DNA of 63,494 bases, filler included, from Pelomyxa schiedti (lineage: Eukaryota > Protista > Evosea), in assembly GCA_020536535.1 (NCBI GenBank). It is 12 parts of 12 records of this genome, joined end to end, with 100 filler letters (N's around TTAATTAATTAA, not from the genome) between each part and the next. Parts side by side here need not be neighbours in the genome. Positions count along the whole stretch, not along the records: positions 11,682 to 36,712 come from JAHLWZ010001050.1; 11 more parts are not named here. One strand, written 5' to 3'. The position numbers and the translations under genes are program-made. Below the pieces are notes generated by a model that saw only the letters and a program-made list of their open reading frames with translations, had not been told where the DNA came from and ran no database searches. Position 1 is the first letter of the stretch; each line of letters begins with the position of its first letter. Of this stretch, positions 12,572 through 26,571 are shown piece after piece.

Positions 12572-14733
12572 TTAGTGCTTTGACAACACCAGAACACGGA
12601 AGTTCTTTGTATCAGCCACCACTAACCATGGGCTGTGTGAATTGTGGTATTTGAGAGCAATGCTCTGTGGGTGGAAAAGCTGAATGTTGCCATGTTGTTC
12701 TTCAGGTCCAACAACAGTCCTTACAGTTCCTTGTTTTTTGGGTGATGACGAGTGAGGAAAAAAAAACCAGAATTGAGATTGAAAACCTGCTGGGGAGATT
12801 GAACGTATTCGGTTGTTATAAGAATCAACTACATATATGATTCCAGAGAAGTGGTCCACAGCAATCCCCCTTGGGACGTTAAACTGGGCAGTGATGGCAG
12901 GGCCATCACAGTAGCCCTTCTGGTTTTCCATTCCAGCCAGTACTGTTACTTTCCCTTGTTTTGTAGAAGTGTTTTTTTTTTCCCCAAGTTAATGTTTTCT
13001 CTGATGTGTGTAACAGAAGTAAATACCTGTACGCTCAACTTTGCGAATGCAATGACTCTCTGGATCAGTAACAACAAAGCTGCCATCACAACACACAGCA
13101 ACGCCGAATGGGCGAAATCCCCTTGCGATGGTCGTGACTTCTGCGAGTGCATTTGTTTGGTTTCTTTTTGTTGACGGAGCACCCACACATACTTTTGGCG
13201 CGAAGGTATCTTACGGCTTTATTCCACAGATCGGCAATTACAATACCACTAGGGCAAGCAAAGTCCACGGCGATCATTGCAGGCAAACAAAACTGAGCAG
13301 TTTCTGCTGGGCCATCTAAATATCCTCCTATACCAGTTCCAGCCACAACCGAAATAAAGACGCCTGAATTAGCGTTAACTGAATCAGGAAATAAATTTAG
13401 AGTGACACACCGGTATTACTGATTTGGTTGATTTGGTTTCTGTTTCCATCAGACACCAGAAATGAGCCATCAGAAAGTCCCACTAACCCTGATGGGCTCC
13501 TAGTAAAATCGGATCGCAGAGTGATGGGATGGTCTGTCGGAACAGAGTTGGGTGGAAAATTCAATAACTCGCATCAGAGGACCTGAGAAATTATTGCAGC
13601 TAGATAGACCAGACTCATCCCCAATGATGATTGAACCTCCTTTAGATATAGAAACAAGGCGGGGGAATTGGCAAGGTATACTTGCCACCTCCCTGATAAA
13701 TACTGGCTGTGCTGGGTAACTAGAGACTTTGGCTGGTCTTAAGTCTGGCCGCGTAGCTGCTTGTGGCGGGTGCGTGGCCGGGGGCATAGTTTTTAATAGA
13801 GAACTTGGTGTGAGAGCGGGAGGTGCGGGTGTGGATGGGGTGGGTGTGCTCCATATAAGAAGTGACTTAGCTGCAGATAGTGTCACATCCATGGCTATTT
13901 GTGCTATGCTAGAATTGTGACTCACTTTTGCCGGAGGGCTTGCACTCCTTGGATGGCTACTTTGCAGTGGACTGCTCTTTTGAGGGTCCCTTATTGTCCT
14001 TGAATCAGTGAGCACTTGGGTGGCCTTGGAGACAGAAGGATCTGCAGGAATGGAAATAACCTGCCCAACTACAGAGGATTCTTCTGGGGAGATGATTACA
14101 CTGGTAACCATAATATTTCCTAGAGTGGGCGATGACAAAGGGGAAAGTGACACACAGGATTCCTCTTTTGGGATCCCTTCTACTGCTTCTATGGGCGAAT
14201 TTGAAACTTTCTCTGGAGGATCTAAATGAACCCAATTTTTTAGTGAATACAGTTTGTAGGAAAAACGAACTCGGGGGAATGATGGACTGCAAACATAAAC
14301 TGGATTCTAGCATTTCAAGTTGCACTAATCCCAGGCATTGTATATCATAAACAGAGTCCCACCTGTCACAAAAAGCTCTGTTGCCTGTAGGTTTGGACTC
14401 GTGCTTGAGAGAGCGTGCCACACAACAGTGTTACCCGTTGCATAATGCTTAGAATCGGTATTCACTTTGGTATGTATTCCTCGGTACAATTGTTCGTACT
14501 TAACCCGGGGTAACTTCCTAAGGCCTGACAGAAGTAAAAACAACACCTCACACCACTTTTGCATCATCAAAACTGTTCGCTCGACCAAAGGCTTATTTAT
14601 AAGAACGTAAGGGTTCTTGTCTCTCAGTGATGGACCGAGATCATATGTATATAAACTTATAGCCATTGCCTACAAACTCGGTGTGAATGAATTTCACAAA
14701 AGCAACATTTAACTTAACCAACACCAACACACA

Positions 14734-14764
<31 letters not shown>

Positions 14765-15346
14765 GAGGGAAAAAAACGGGAAGGAAAGCCAAACAAAGCC
14801 TACCTCGTTGTGGCTAAGTCTGGCCACCACCGCGTTGTCACGCGAGATGTTTTCATACCTCCAGTCCATTATCTCCACCAAGGTGACCGGGCTCTCCACC
14901 TCCAAGCCAGACGTGGCTCCCCCATATGCCCGGGCCAGCGCGTCCACCAGGCACAGCTCCCTCCCCCTCCCCGCTATCTCGCGAAACACCCACGCGAAGT
15001 TGTCGTCCAACGTGCCTCCCCCTCCCCCTCCCGGGTCCGACTCGGGCTCCCCGCTCGTGGCCCTCCCCACTCGTGCCGCCGGCCCCTCCTCCTCCTTCGG
15101 CGTCGTGGGCGCCTGCAAGGGCGCGGCGGCGGGGAGCCCGGGGTCGCCGTGGTCGTGGGTGATGCGGGACATCTCGGCCTCGTGGGTCATGCGGGAGAGC
15201 ACGCGGGCGGCTTGCTCCGGGGACACAGACGCGGTGCTTGTGGTCATGATACAGCTGCGGTTCATGCTGCTGCCGCCTCCGCCCCCCGAATCTGGTCCCG
15301 GCGGCAGGCACGCCGCCGTTGTCTCGTCGCTGTGGTGTTGGTGCAT
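12572..15346 (-). CDS. ADP-ribosyltransferase-like + NHL-repeat protein (left-arm copy)
   Basis: Reverse complement of 33048-35822. Confidence 0.65.
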
Positions 15347-15561
15347 TTAAGGCCCGTTTGGTGTTGGAACAAGTTGGTTGTCCTTGGTTGGCTGTTCTTT
15401 CCCCGATCTTTTGGTTGCGGGCAACGATGGAGTAGTGCGTTGTTTACGGCGAAATGGCTGCGAAGAAAGGCGGGAGCAGCAAGCTCCATAGTGTGTCGGG
15501 TTCTTGGTAGGAAGTGGTTTGGTACTCGGTTTGAAGAGTGTTTTGTTTTCTTTACTCTCTA

Positions 15562-17722
15562 TCAGGGGATACCAAGCCACAGCATCAACTCTTCTGTGAG
15601 ACGTGGTTTGTATTCTGTCGTTTCAGGATCCCTGTCGTGGTAATCGTCGAACTGATGGCGTATCTCATCTACTGTGATTCCGAAGTTGTTCATTGTGAAC
15701 AAGGCAATTGAAGGAGAATGTGCGGCAATCGGCATCAAGTGCCCTCGTATCACGTCCACGTCGAGACTTGGGAATCTACGAACAATCATCTTCCATGTTT
15801 GCAGGTCGATGTCAAAGTCGAGTCTCTCACGGTGATTGTTCCAGAACACAAACATGTCAATGACCTTTGTTTATGTTAGACATGCAAGACTGGGTGTGGT
15901 TAAAAACCTCATGAGGAGCGATTCCGAAGTGGTCGATGAGCCACTCCGCGCAGTTTGCTTTCTTGTGCAGAATAAGGCTGTAGAGGAGGCTGTTGTAATT
16001 CCGTTTGATGTGAGTATCTTCAAGGTGGAACTGTGTGATTGCCCACTTGATGGATTTACTGGTAAAGGGCCTAAACGGTTTACTGGTCAAGGTCTTTACG
16101 ACCAGCTCTCTGGTGAACAACGAGCAGTCAAACAAGGTGACCAGCTTTTGAAGTTTCTCATGGCTCCATTTCACGAATGTGTCAAACATAGACTCCAAGA
16201 GTTCTGTGTCCCCTGCTTGTGGCTTGTACTTGGGGAACACTTCCAGAAGGTGCAGAACAAATTTGGAACGGTAAGCAGGCAGGGCCATTGCAATTGCCTT
16301 GTGAACTGAAGCTGCAGTTATTTGGTCAGGATGTGTAAGATGCTGAAGGAACCAGCGTAGTCCCCCCAATCTGTCCTTGTAATCGGCGCATTTCCGGCAT
16401 ATTTGAACAAGCATGGCTCCAGGAGACTCAGGGCATGAATTCACAGTTCCCATGACACCAAAAGTGCTCTCCAACCAATCTGCAATTGTGGTGTTACTCC
16501 AAAGAAGTGCATGTTCAAGGGAGGCCTGAATATCAGCTGGACCCAGTTTCACCCTGGTTGAGAGCCACTGAGGAAGAGTGTATCCACCTCTGGAAGTGGA
16601 ACACACCATTATGAATGTGGCTGCTGTCGGAGTGAAATTCCTTTCAGTGATGAGCCACTCCAGGAAGCTCACATCCGCAATGTGCTGGCACATCTTATTC
16701 AGCATTTTTATTCTTGGTTCAACTAGAATAGTTGAAAGCACCAACTTGGCGACGTCGATGCTCTTTATTGATCCCAATATATAGTCGCTGATCTCCTCTG
16801 CTGGAAATCGAGCTCTCAGCCATTGGCACAGTTCCACAGTGCCATGTTTATTCCCTAATACACTGTACAGCAGCCCACAATCTGTTGGCAGATTGGGGAA
16901 ATTCTCAACACACCACTTCAGATTTTCCGGAGCTGTACCAGCGGTACACCAACTCACCAACTCCTCTTGGCAACTGCGCGAGTGCAGTAGCAAATCAAAC
17001 TCACCAATCGCCCACTTGGCAACATCCAATTTCCCGTTCATTAAGGCCATCTCGACTAGCGGCAGAAGGGCCCACAAGGAGTCGTCACCAGTAATCCCAA
17101 GCACAGACACAAACCACTTTGCAGACTCAACATTGTCCGAGCAACCTGCACCCATCACCGAACCACCAGACTTCACATTTTCCAGCAAGTCGTTCCTCAA
17201 TTCATCAATGCTGCTGCTTCCCTGGTTCTGGTGCCATTCCGGCACTCGGTATCCATCCCATAATGTATAAGGGAAAGTGCCGCCGCCGCGGCCCTCGCTG
17301 CCGAGCAACGCGCGGGCGGCCTCGACGTTGCCAGAGGCGCACAGGCCGGAGAGCACCCATGCCGCCTCCTTGAGCGCGCAGGCGCGAGAGCTGTTGGGCG
17401 AGTGGAGCGGGTCTCGCCTGTGGCGGGCCACGATCCACGCTACGCACGACCCGCTGCCCGCCTTGGCCGCGGCCCACAGGGTGGGGTAGCGCGAGCAGCC
17501 GTCGGCGCGGGCGCGGCGCTGCGAGCGGGTGCACACGAGCGCCACGAGGGGGAACATGGCCCCGGCGGCCGCGAACGCCCACAATCCGCCGCGGCCGTCC
17601 CCCTCCCGGTCAGAGTCCAGCCACCCCGGCGCCACCACGTTGTCCCACACCACCCGCGATGTGTTCATTATGTGCTTGAGAGCTTGGCAACGTTGGCTGT
17701 CGTATGGGAACGTTGCGCTCAT
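15562..17722 (-). CDS. Helical-repeat (ankyrin-like) hypothetical protein (left-arm copy)
   Basis: Reverse complement of 30672-32832. Confidence 0.7.
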
Positions 17723-17839
17723 TCTCGTTCGTTGTTGATGCCAACTTCCCGGAAACTTGAATCACGTTTTTTTTTTTGTTTGTTATTTTCGTATGTCTAG
17801 CTAGATGCACACAGTTTATGGGTTGTTGAGAGGGCGGCC

Positions 17840-20800
17840 TCAGTTGAATTGAGAAAGCTGTGAGAGTTTGGTTGTAGTGAAGGACGACGGTGTTTGCATG
17901 GAAGCGGATGGTGAGGGTGCAGAGGCCAAAACTAGGGGTGCTAGTTTCTTGCTCAGTTCGACCATGGCCGGGTTGCTGGCAGACAGCCTGGTGATGTACT
18001 GAAGAGTGTTCCTGCCATAGGCATCAGAGAGCGGCTTAAGGCCAGTAAGAAGCTGGCCAATAATGGGAACAGTCTTGCTGGTGATCACCGAGTTGCATAC
18101 TAGCGTGTTCAGGATGTCAAGGGCAGCCTTGTATGTGGCCTATGAGAGTGTTAAACGCCGCAATAGTTGGTTAGTTTCAGAAGAAACTCACTGTGGCCAA
18201 ATCGGGATTCTGCTTGAGAATCTCAAGCTGCTCGACCATACAGGAGAAAACTTGAGATGCGAGTTTCTGTAGGTCCGGTTGGTAGTCTGGATCCTCCTTG
18301 TAGAGGGTATCGTTTGAATCAACTATTTTAGCTTAGTGAGAAACGACCTAAGATGCCTCTACCTTTTTCAATGTGATAGGGAAGTTTGTCTTGGTGCAAG
18401 GCAAAAAGGACTTTCAGCAGGCTCCCATAAACATTAATCTTTGCTGTACTCCATGGAAGCCTTTGAAAAGTTAGTAAAGGAAGTAGTTTCTGACCACAAA
18501 CCAAGGATACTCAGAAAAGAGTTTCATCAAGCCTTGGATCAAGTAAAATGAACCACTATCGGGATGGCCTGGGGCAACTACGAGAAGGCCGGACAGATTC
18601 CCCATGAATGAGGCAAGTTCTTCCTCCACGGACTTGTCGGTTCCTTTTGCAAAAGTGAGAAATAACTTGTCTAACCATTCAACTTTACCACAAAGTAGAG
18701 GAATCTCCGGAACTAGAGTCACGGCAGCACGCAACAACGCGTCTGCCTGAGGGATAGCTTGATTCAACAATGAAACCTCTGCAGCTAGCAGGGATAGTCT
18801 AAGGCGCGAGAAGACATCTTCCATTGAGGGAATGGTAATATAACAGTAAGCAATGCAAGCCTTGCAGAGGGATCAACCGAAGTTTAATTTAGATTTCAAG
18901 AAAGAAGGCGTGAAGGGTGGAAGCCTCATTATAAGGCATACTCTAATGAACGGAGCTGTCTTTCTGGTATGTTTCCCATGCACAAGTGACAATGTCTTCA
19001 TGGCAAGGCGGCAGACACACTGCACGAGAACATCTTTCACGCCATCCAAATTTGCAAAACATTGTCTGCATTCAACATAAAAATTAAGTTGCTTCTCTAC
19101 ATCTTTATTGTAATCGATCTGAGAGTTTTAAGAAAAGAAATGTGGTGGTGAAGAAAGACCTTGGTGATAAAATGTGATATCACTCTGGTGATTTGCCTAA
19201 CTTCATCTGCCACAGTCAGAGAGTTCACAGTGTCATGTAAAGTTGTAGAAACATTGAATAGAGTGTTAATTATAACGGGATCTGTAACGAATCCCTTGTG
19301 CCTAAGTAATGTGAGTATGTAATGGGGTATCAACAAAAACCAAGTACTTGGAAAATCCATCCAGAATTAATTTTGCAGCGGCAATTTGGGTTTGACCAGA
19401 GAGAAGGTCTAGAATTTTGCTGAAGTTTTCCTTTAGCACGTGAGATGCTTTGTGAATGGAATCAGAAGTTTTACCATTCCAAAAATAACTGACATATCAT
19501 TGTAGTTGATGATTACTTTTTGGATCACTGAGAGAAGATGAGGTTGGAGGACATCAAAGTCTGCATCTTTCCGGAGATGATTCAGTATATCCATCAGCAT
19601 CTTATTTGTGTCTCGTGTCTTTGTGTTTTATGAGAGAATTTTGGATTTAACCAGAAAACAACTGTGAGGTGTTTGAGACAATACTCAATGAAAACTTCAG
19701 CGACTGTTATGTAGTGTTCTGCATTAGAGAAGTTTGCCACCACCTTTCTGGAGTGAGATAAGGTCGAAGGTGAGTGTGGAAGGTTACACTCCAGATTTCA
19801 TTAAGAATTGAAAGCTCTTGGCCATGGGGTGGTGATCCAAGAGACAAATTGACTCCAAGGGTGCGATAGAGTTGGTGCTAGTGGAGTTGGCATGGAGTGG
19901 TTTCACTGGAAAAGCAAACCTGAGGGAATGACACTAACTCTGCCTCTTTGATGAGCGACGTGAAAGTGAGTGTATTTGTGGTAATAAACGATGGTGGGAA
20001 AGCACTAATGATATGGTTTAAGAATAGTGCCACTCGCGAGCTTTTTTTAAATATTTGTAACACTTCTTCCAACAGCCCCTTATTTGCTGTAAGTTTAACC
20101 ATAGTACTGCTAGGAAAAAAGAATGTACTGGTGGGCTTCTGTATGATATACACTGAAGAAGCCATTCCAGACCTGGAGAGAACAAATGCATGTAGTCAGC
20201 ATAAGAAATCTCGAGTTTACGCCGGATTGCCTGGTAAAAATGAAAAAAGGTCGTCATTGAATTAGAACTACCTCCATCTTAGGGCTCCCCAGACATTCTT
20301 GGACTTGAAGTAAATCGGAAAAAGCACGTAACAAGTACCCCTTCTCGTATGGGAGTACCTCATGTGCCTTCCTAGCCAGGTAACATTGGGTATAAAACTG
20401 AACAAGAGGGTCCCCACATCCACGAATTTGGTTATTAAGACGATCGATCACTGCTTTGTACTGGTTTTCACTGGACACAAATGCATAACATTTGAGAATA
20501 GCCATTTCTGTGTACCTGAAAGCAAGTTGGCAAGGTTCATAGAAGAGGGACAAACAATCTGGGAAGCAGTTCACGAATAGAAGCAATTTTGTAAAACCAG
20601 TTTCTGCAAGTCTCTGTGGCAAGCTCCTTCACAGCTGGTGGGATATCTTTCTCTGGTAAAGGAGTCCCAGTTACAGGGCTTAAAGCTGTCCTTCTGGCTT
20701 TTATTCGTTCGAAGACAAGTCTTCCAAACGTATCCAGAATCTCAGTGATAAGTACAAATTTGCTTGGGTAAAACTTGACCACAGATGTATCAATCAGCAA

Positions 20801-21822
20801 CTTAGCACACTGCAAAGGGTCCGCAACTTAGTAATTTTTGTTTGTATGTTGCTACCTGAATCGCAATTTTGAGAGTTCGGACACGATCTTCCATATTCCA
20901 GGCTTGATTCAAGTCCGTATTCATTTTTTCTATGTGTGCCACATACTCCTGTTGTGTTACACTTTTCAGTTCCTTTTTATCATCATCACCTTGCTCCAGT
21001 TCTTCAAGACGAGATGCCGTCCTATCTTGTTGCACCTTGACTAACAATTTTGAGCAAGGAGGTCAAATAACAACTTGTGATACCTTTTCCTGTTGTTGGG
21101 GTGCTGATGAAACTCTTTGAAAGTGAAGGAAACACAATTACAAGAAAGGAGAAAGGGGAAAAAGGATACAACTGTAATCTCGAGTTGAAGGTTGGTTGTG
21201 AATTCTTGGAGTATATTTGGCTTCATGGCTGACCAAGGAATAAATTCGGAATCGATGTCGGCTATTGTGAACAAGTGAATAAAGTCATTTGTAATTTTTT
21301 GTTTTTTTTTTTAGAAAATATACTTGGTGTTACTTCGGTTTTTGGTTTTCCAGGTGTTGTGGTTGCTGGCGCTGCAACAACCAGAGGGTTAGATAACATA
21401 GCACTAGCACCAAGTGGATCAAGCGGTGTTGATATCTCCGATTTTGGCTTCCTAAAATGAATAAAAAACCAACAAAGAGAACAACCCCCAAAGATGAGGC
21501 AAAAACTAACGTTGTGAGAGGTGAAGCGGGTGCTGCAGTCGCTGCAGGCGCCACAGCAATGAGAGGATGTCTGTCACACTCTGTGAGCGCTCGTGTTTGA
21601 GCTGCTCTTTCTTGGTCATAATTCCTCTCCAAAGGTTTTTCCACAATGCTGAAATTACAAAAGGTTGGAGGAGGAAAAAAATATGTAAAAAGGCACAAGT
21701 GGTGGAGGTGCGCACCACAAAAATTTCTCCACATTCACGGGTTGCGGAGTTAACGTAGGAGAAGACCCGCCCGCTCCGCTGCTCATTGCCGCGATAGACT
21801 CTGCTGGTAACGAAGACGACAT
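17840..21822 (-). CDS. VPS35L: VPS35 endosomal protein sorting factor-like (Retriever subunit), left-arm copy
   Basis: Reverse complement of 26572-30554. Confidence 0.88.
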
Positions 21823-22022
21823 TTGTTGCTGTTGTAACACCCAGATCTACCTCGTCGTAACCCCTTTTTCTTCTTGTGTGCCGATCAGGTCGTCACACGG
21901 CACCTTCAAGAAACGAAAAGTTATTTTTCTTCTTCAAATTCGTAGATTTGAGAAGAGCCATCAGAGAGTGTAAAAATAGGCCCTGGGGCGAGGTTTGGGT
22001 TTTTTTTTTTCTTTTCCTGTTG

Positions 22023-22974
22023 TTATTTCCCCCCGCGTCTTCGTGCTTTTCCTCGTTTCGATGGTTTAGCACTCTGATCGTGAGTGTTTGTTGATCCTGT
22101 TGTTGTTGTAGTGGGGGTGGTGCTGGGGTTCGGTGCAGGAGAGGATGAAGCCGAGGCCGGGGACGAGGACGGGGGTGACTGGGGTGTGTCACAGTGCATG
22201 CCCGAAGTCGGTGGTGGGGTTTGTTGGCGAGATATGGGGTGCGGTGATGCGGTGCCAAAAAGGCCAGAGCAGGGGCACGGCTCCGCCGCGGTGGCGGCGT
22301 AGTCGCACGGGTTAGAGGGAGTGTGCAAGGAGGGGCAGGTTGGCGGCGGGCAAACGGGTGTAACGGACTCTACGGCTATGGGAACTGCTTGAAACTGGCT
22401 GAAGGCTGCCCATGCGTGAATTAAATTCCTGCACTTGGTGTAGAAATGGTGGTGGGTTATTAGATATAATGCCTTGTCCGTCCACTTATATTATTACGAC
22501 AATTACCTCGCTGCTTTGTAATTATTTTTCATTTTATCTTTGGGTTTGGGCCTGCATAACATACTTGCTTGGTACTCGTACAACACAGTAGCAGTCCACA
22601 AAGTCGCTGAAAGGAGGAGGCCTACAAGCAGTGTGTGCTCCCATAAGACCAATTGGCGGTGCTCCAACACAACCAAGGTACGACTCTATACTCAATCAGA
22701 GAAACAATGACAACCCAAACCAAAGTGAAACCTAGAGCAAGTTTCAAAATAGACCACAGGCGAGTAATAGCCGCCGGTCCAGTGCCTAATTTTTCAGCCG
22801 ATTCCACACTTCACAACAAAGAGGTTGGCATAAAGAAAATGTTTCGCGTAGTACAACAAACTCCACCCCGCCGCATCATAAACAACAAAACCGCCCATCT
22901 TCAACCACCCACAAGGATAATCTCATGTATGAGTATCTACTCGGATAAGAACGCGACGTCACAGCCGCAGCCAT
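22023..22974 (-). CDS. Small hypothetical membrane protein (left-arm copy)
   Basis: Reverse complement of 25420-26371. Confidence 0.35.
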
Positions 22975-23097
22975 CCAGATCTTGTTTTATCTGATTGCTT
23001 TTTCGTTCAGAGCAAAAATCTTCGTTGTTTTTTCGGCTTTTGGATCGAGTGGAGTCAACTGGAGTGAGAAAAAATTGCTGAGAGTTAAATTGGCGTA

Positions 23098-24136
23098 TCA
23101 GAGTTTTGGGCCGCAAAGCAGTAGGGAGCGCAGGAGTTGCGACAGTGAAGACAGGCCGTGGCAGTAGCCCTGGTCGCCGTGGGCACCGGGGACCTCGTCG
23201 GCGTGGGCAAAGTCCACCATGTGAATCGTGGGAGGGTGTGCCCCGACGTCGTCCGCGTCGTACACGAACACGAGGGACGAGGCGTAGAAGTGCCACGGCG
23301 AGTGGCACACGAACTCCTCCACGTCCGCCAGCCGGCGCAAGTACGATCTTATGACGTCACACCGGAGGTTGCCGGTTAGCGCCGAGCATGCAGAGTGACA
23401 GCAAAGTGGATCTGATGGTGAGGAAGAGGAAGAGCAAGAGGAAGAGGAAGAGGAAGTTGTGCAGGCTGTGGCTGTTGTTGTTGTTGGTGGTGGAGTGGAA
23501 GAAGAGGTCGGAGTTGAAAATGTAGATGTAGGACAGGGTCCACCGAAAAAAACTGCCAGGGCGGCGAGAAGGTCCGTGCGTTCGAGGGCGTGCCAGCCGA
23601 AATGCTTGTCATAGGATTTGAAGGTCTTTGTGGTGCCGTTGTAGACGCGCATGCCGCAGAACCGGAAGCCCCACTTGGTCGTCGTGCACCTGTTCGTGGT
23701 TTGGGGTTTGGGGTCAGACTGGCATGAGATTGGGATGTAAGTGTACTACAATTGGTCTTGCTTCATGTGGAATGCCTTCTTTGCTGGAGAGCATTCAGTG
23801 TGCCAAGTCTGAGTGCCCATTTTCAAGTCAAGTATTGAAGGATGTTTGAAGCCCTGTGTTGACAGATTAACAATTTCGTCAATATATTTGGTGGCAATAC
23901 ATAAATCAAGTTCTCCAAACCAATGTACTCTTTCATTGCACCAGAGGGTGCCCTGTGGACAGAAACTCCATAAAATTTGGGTGCGAGGTGCAGTTTAGTC
24001 ACTAAAGGAATTTCACCACGCTCAGCTACATTTTTTTTTTTGAAACGGGAAACATGTTAAGCTCCATGCAAAACAAAAACCAGCCAGCACACATAAAAAA
24101 AAACAAAGGTTTACCCCTCTGGTAAAAGAGCAGCTC
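23098..24136 (-). pseudogene. 5'-truncated inositol polyphosphate kinase copy (left arm)
   Basis: Mirror of the + strand IPK gene, but it begins at ELLFYQR. The ATG and QVGGH motif lie in the unpaired spacer and are absent from this copy. Confidence 0.8.
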
Positions 24137-24153
24137 TTTCGGCACGCGAACGA

Positions 24154-25296
24154 ATGAAGCCAAGCGAAAGGGAACCCGAGCAGGTAGGCGGCCACGGGGG
24201 AGATCTTGCACTGCTGTACAGGGGCGCAGTGGTGTACAAACCCAACGTGAACAAGAAGGAGCTGCTCTTTTACCAGAGGGGTAAACCTTTGTTTTTTTTT
24301 AATGTGTGCTGGTTGGCTTTTGTTTTGCATGGAGCTTAACATGAAAACCGTTTCAAAAAAAAATGTAGCTGAGCGTGGTGAAATTCCTTTAGTGACTAAA
24401 CTGCACCTCGCACCCAAATTTTATGGAGTTTCTGTCCACAGGGCACCCTCTGGTGCAATGAAAGAGTACATTGGTTTGGAGAACTTGATTTATGTATTGC
24501 CACCAAATATATTGACGAAATTGTTAATCTGTCAACACAGGGCTTCAAACATCCTTCAATACTTGACTTGAAAATGGGCACTCAGACTTGGCACACTGAA
24601 TGCTCTCCAGCAAAGAAGGCATTCCACATGAAGCAAGACCAATTGTAGTACACTTACATCCCAATCTCATGCCAGTCTGACCCCAAACCCCAAACCACGA
24701 ACAGGTGCACGACGACCAAGTGGGGCTTCCGGTTCTGCGGCATGCGCGTCTACAACGGCACCACAAAGACCTTCAAATCCTATGACAAGCATTTCGGCTG
24801 GCACGCCCTCGAACGCACGGACCTTCTCGCCGCCCTGGCAGTTTTTTTCGGTGGACCCTGTCCTACATCTACATTTTCAACTCCGACCTCTTCTTCCACT
24901 CCACCACCAACAACAACAACAGCCACAGCCTGCACAACTTCCTCTTCCTCTTCCTCTTGCTCTTCCTCTTCCTCACCATCAGATCCACTTTGCTGTCACT
25001 CTGCATGCTCGGCGCTAACCGGCAACCTCCGGTGTGACGTCATAAGATCGTACTTGCGCCGGCTGGCGGACGTGGAGGAGTTCGTGTGCCACTCGCCGTG
25101 GCACTTCTACGCCTCGTCCCTCGTGTTCGTGTACGACGCGGACGACGTCGGGGCACACCCTCCCACGATTCACATGGTGGACTTTGCCCACGCCGACGAG
25201 GTCCCCGGTGCCCACGGCGACCAGGGCTACTGCCACGGCCTGTCTTCACTGTCGCAACTCCTGCGCTCCCTACTGCTTTGCGGCCCAAAACTCTGA
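24154..25296 (+). CDS. Inositol polyphosphate kinase (IPMK/IP6K family)
   Basis: Spliced product: MKPSEREPEQVGGHGG...KELLFY, APKFYG, LENL, PSILDLKMG (PxxxDxKxG), GFRFCGM, FYASSLVFVYD, MVDFAH, DQGYCHGL. First intron at 24281-24368. Confidence 0.92.
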
Positions 25297-25419
25297 TACG
25301 CCAATTTAACTCTCAGCAATTTTTTCTCACTCCAGTTGACTCCACTCGATCCAAAAGCCGAAAAAACAACGAAGATTTTTGCTCTGAACGAAAAAGCAAT
25401 CAGATAAAACAAGATCTGG

Positions 25420-26371
25420 ATGGCTGCGGCTGTGACGTCGCGTTCTTATCCGAGTAGATACTCATACATGAGATTATCCTTGTGGGTGGTTGAAGATGGG
25501 CGGTTTTGTTGTTTATGATGCGGCGGGGTGGAGTTTGTTGTACTACGCGAAACATTTTCTTTATGCCAACCTCTTTGTTGTGAAGTGTGGAATCGGCTGA
25601 AAAATTAGGCACTGGACCGGCGGCTATTACTCGCCTGTGGTCTATTTTGAAACTTGCTCTAGGTTTCACTTTGGTTTGGGTTGTCATTGTTTCTCTGATT
25701 GAGTATAGAGTCGTACCTTGGTTGTGTTGGAGCACCGCCAATTGGTCTTATGGGAGCACACACTGCTTGTAGGCCTCCTCCTTTCAGCGACTTTGTGGAC
25801 TGCTACTGTGTTGTACGAGTACCAAGCAAGTATGTTATGCAGGCCCAAACCCAAAGATAAAATGAAAAATAATTACAAAGCAGCGAGGTAATTGTCGTAA
25901 TAATATAAGTGGACGGACAAGGCATTATATCTAATAACCCACCACCATTTCTACACCAAGTGCAGGAATTTAATTCACGCATGGGCAGCCTTCAGCCAGT
26001 TTCAAGCAGTTCCCATAGCCGTAGAGTCCGTTACACCCGTTTGCCCGCCGCCAACCTGCCCCTCCTTGCACACTCCCTCTAACCCGTGCGACTACGCCGC
26101 CACCGCGGCGGAGCCGTGCCCCTGCTCTGGCCTTTTTGGCACCGCATCACCGCACCCCATATCTCGCCAACAAACCCCACCACCGACTTCGGGCATGCAC
26201 TGTGACACACCCCAGTCACCCCCGTCCTCGTCCCCGGCCTCGGCTTCATCCTCTCCTGCACCGAACCCCAGCACCACCCCCACTACAACAACAACAGGAT
26301 CAACAAACACTCACGATCAGAGTGCTAAACCATCGAAACGAGGAAAAGCACGAAGACGCGGGGGGAAATAA
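25420..26371 (+). CDS. Small hypothetical membrane protein with low-complexity tail
   Basis: Tentative splicing gives MAAAVTSRSY...SF|VESAEKLG...LKLALGFTLVWVVIVSLIEYR (one TM helix), then a Pro/Thr-rich last exon ending at 26371. Confidence 0.35.
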
Positions 26372-26571
26372 CAACAGGAAAAGAAAAAAAAAAACCCAAA
26401 CCTCGCCCCAGGGCCTATTTTTACACTCTCTGATGGCTCTTCTCAAATCTACGAATTTGAAGAAGAAAAATAACTTTTCGTTTCTTGAAGGTGCCGTGTG
26501 ACGACCTGATCGGCACACAAGAAGAAAAAGGGGTTACGACGAGGTAGATCTGGGTGTTACAACAGCAACAA

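Noticed and set aside
14687-15643. Long antisense or alternative-frame ORFs in GC-rich regions (also 32751-33707, 45904-46698, 4758-5552)
   Set aside because: Shadow ORFs of stop-poor GC-rich coding sequence, with no motifs.
25468-25530. In-frame TGA in a CCL*CGG context suggesting selenocysteine
   Set aside because: An ordinary GT-AG intron starting at GTGGGT removes it and restores the frame. No SECIS evidence.
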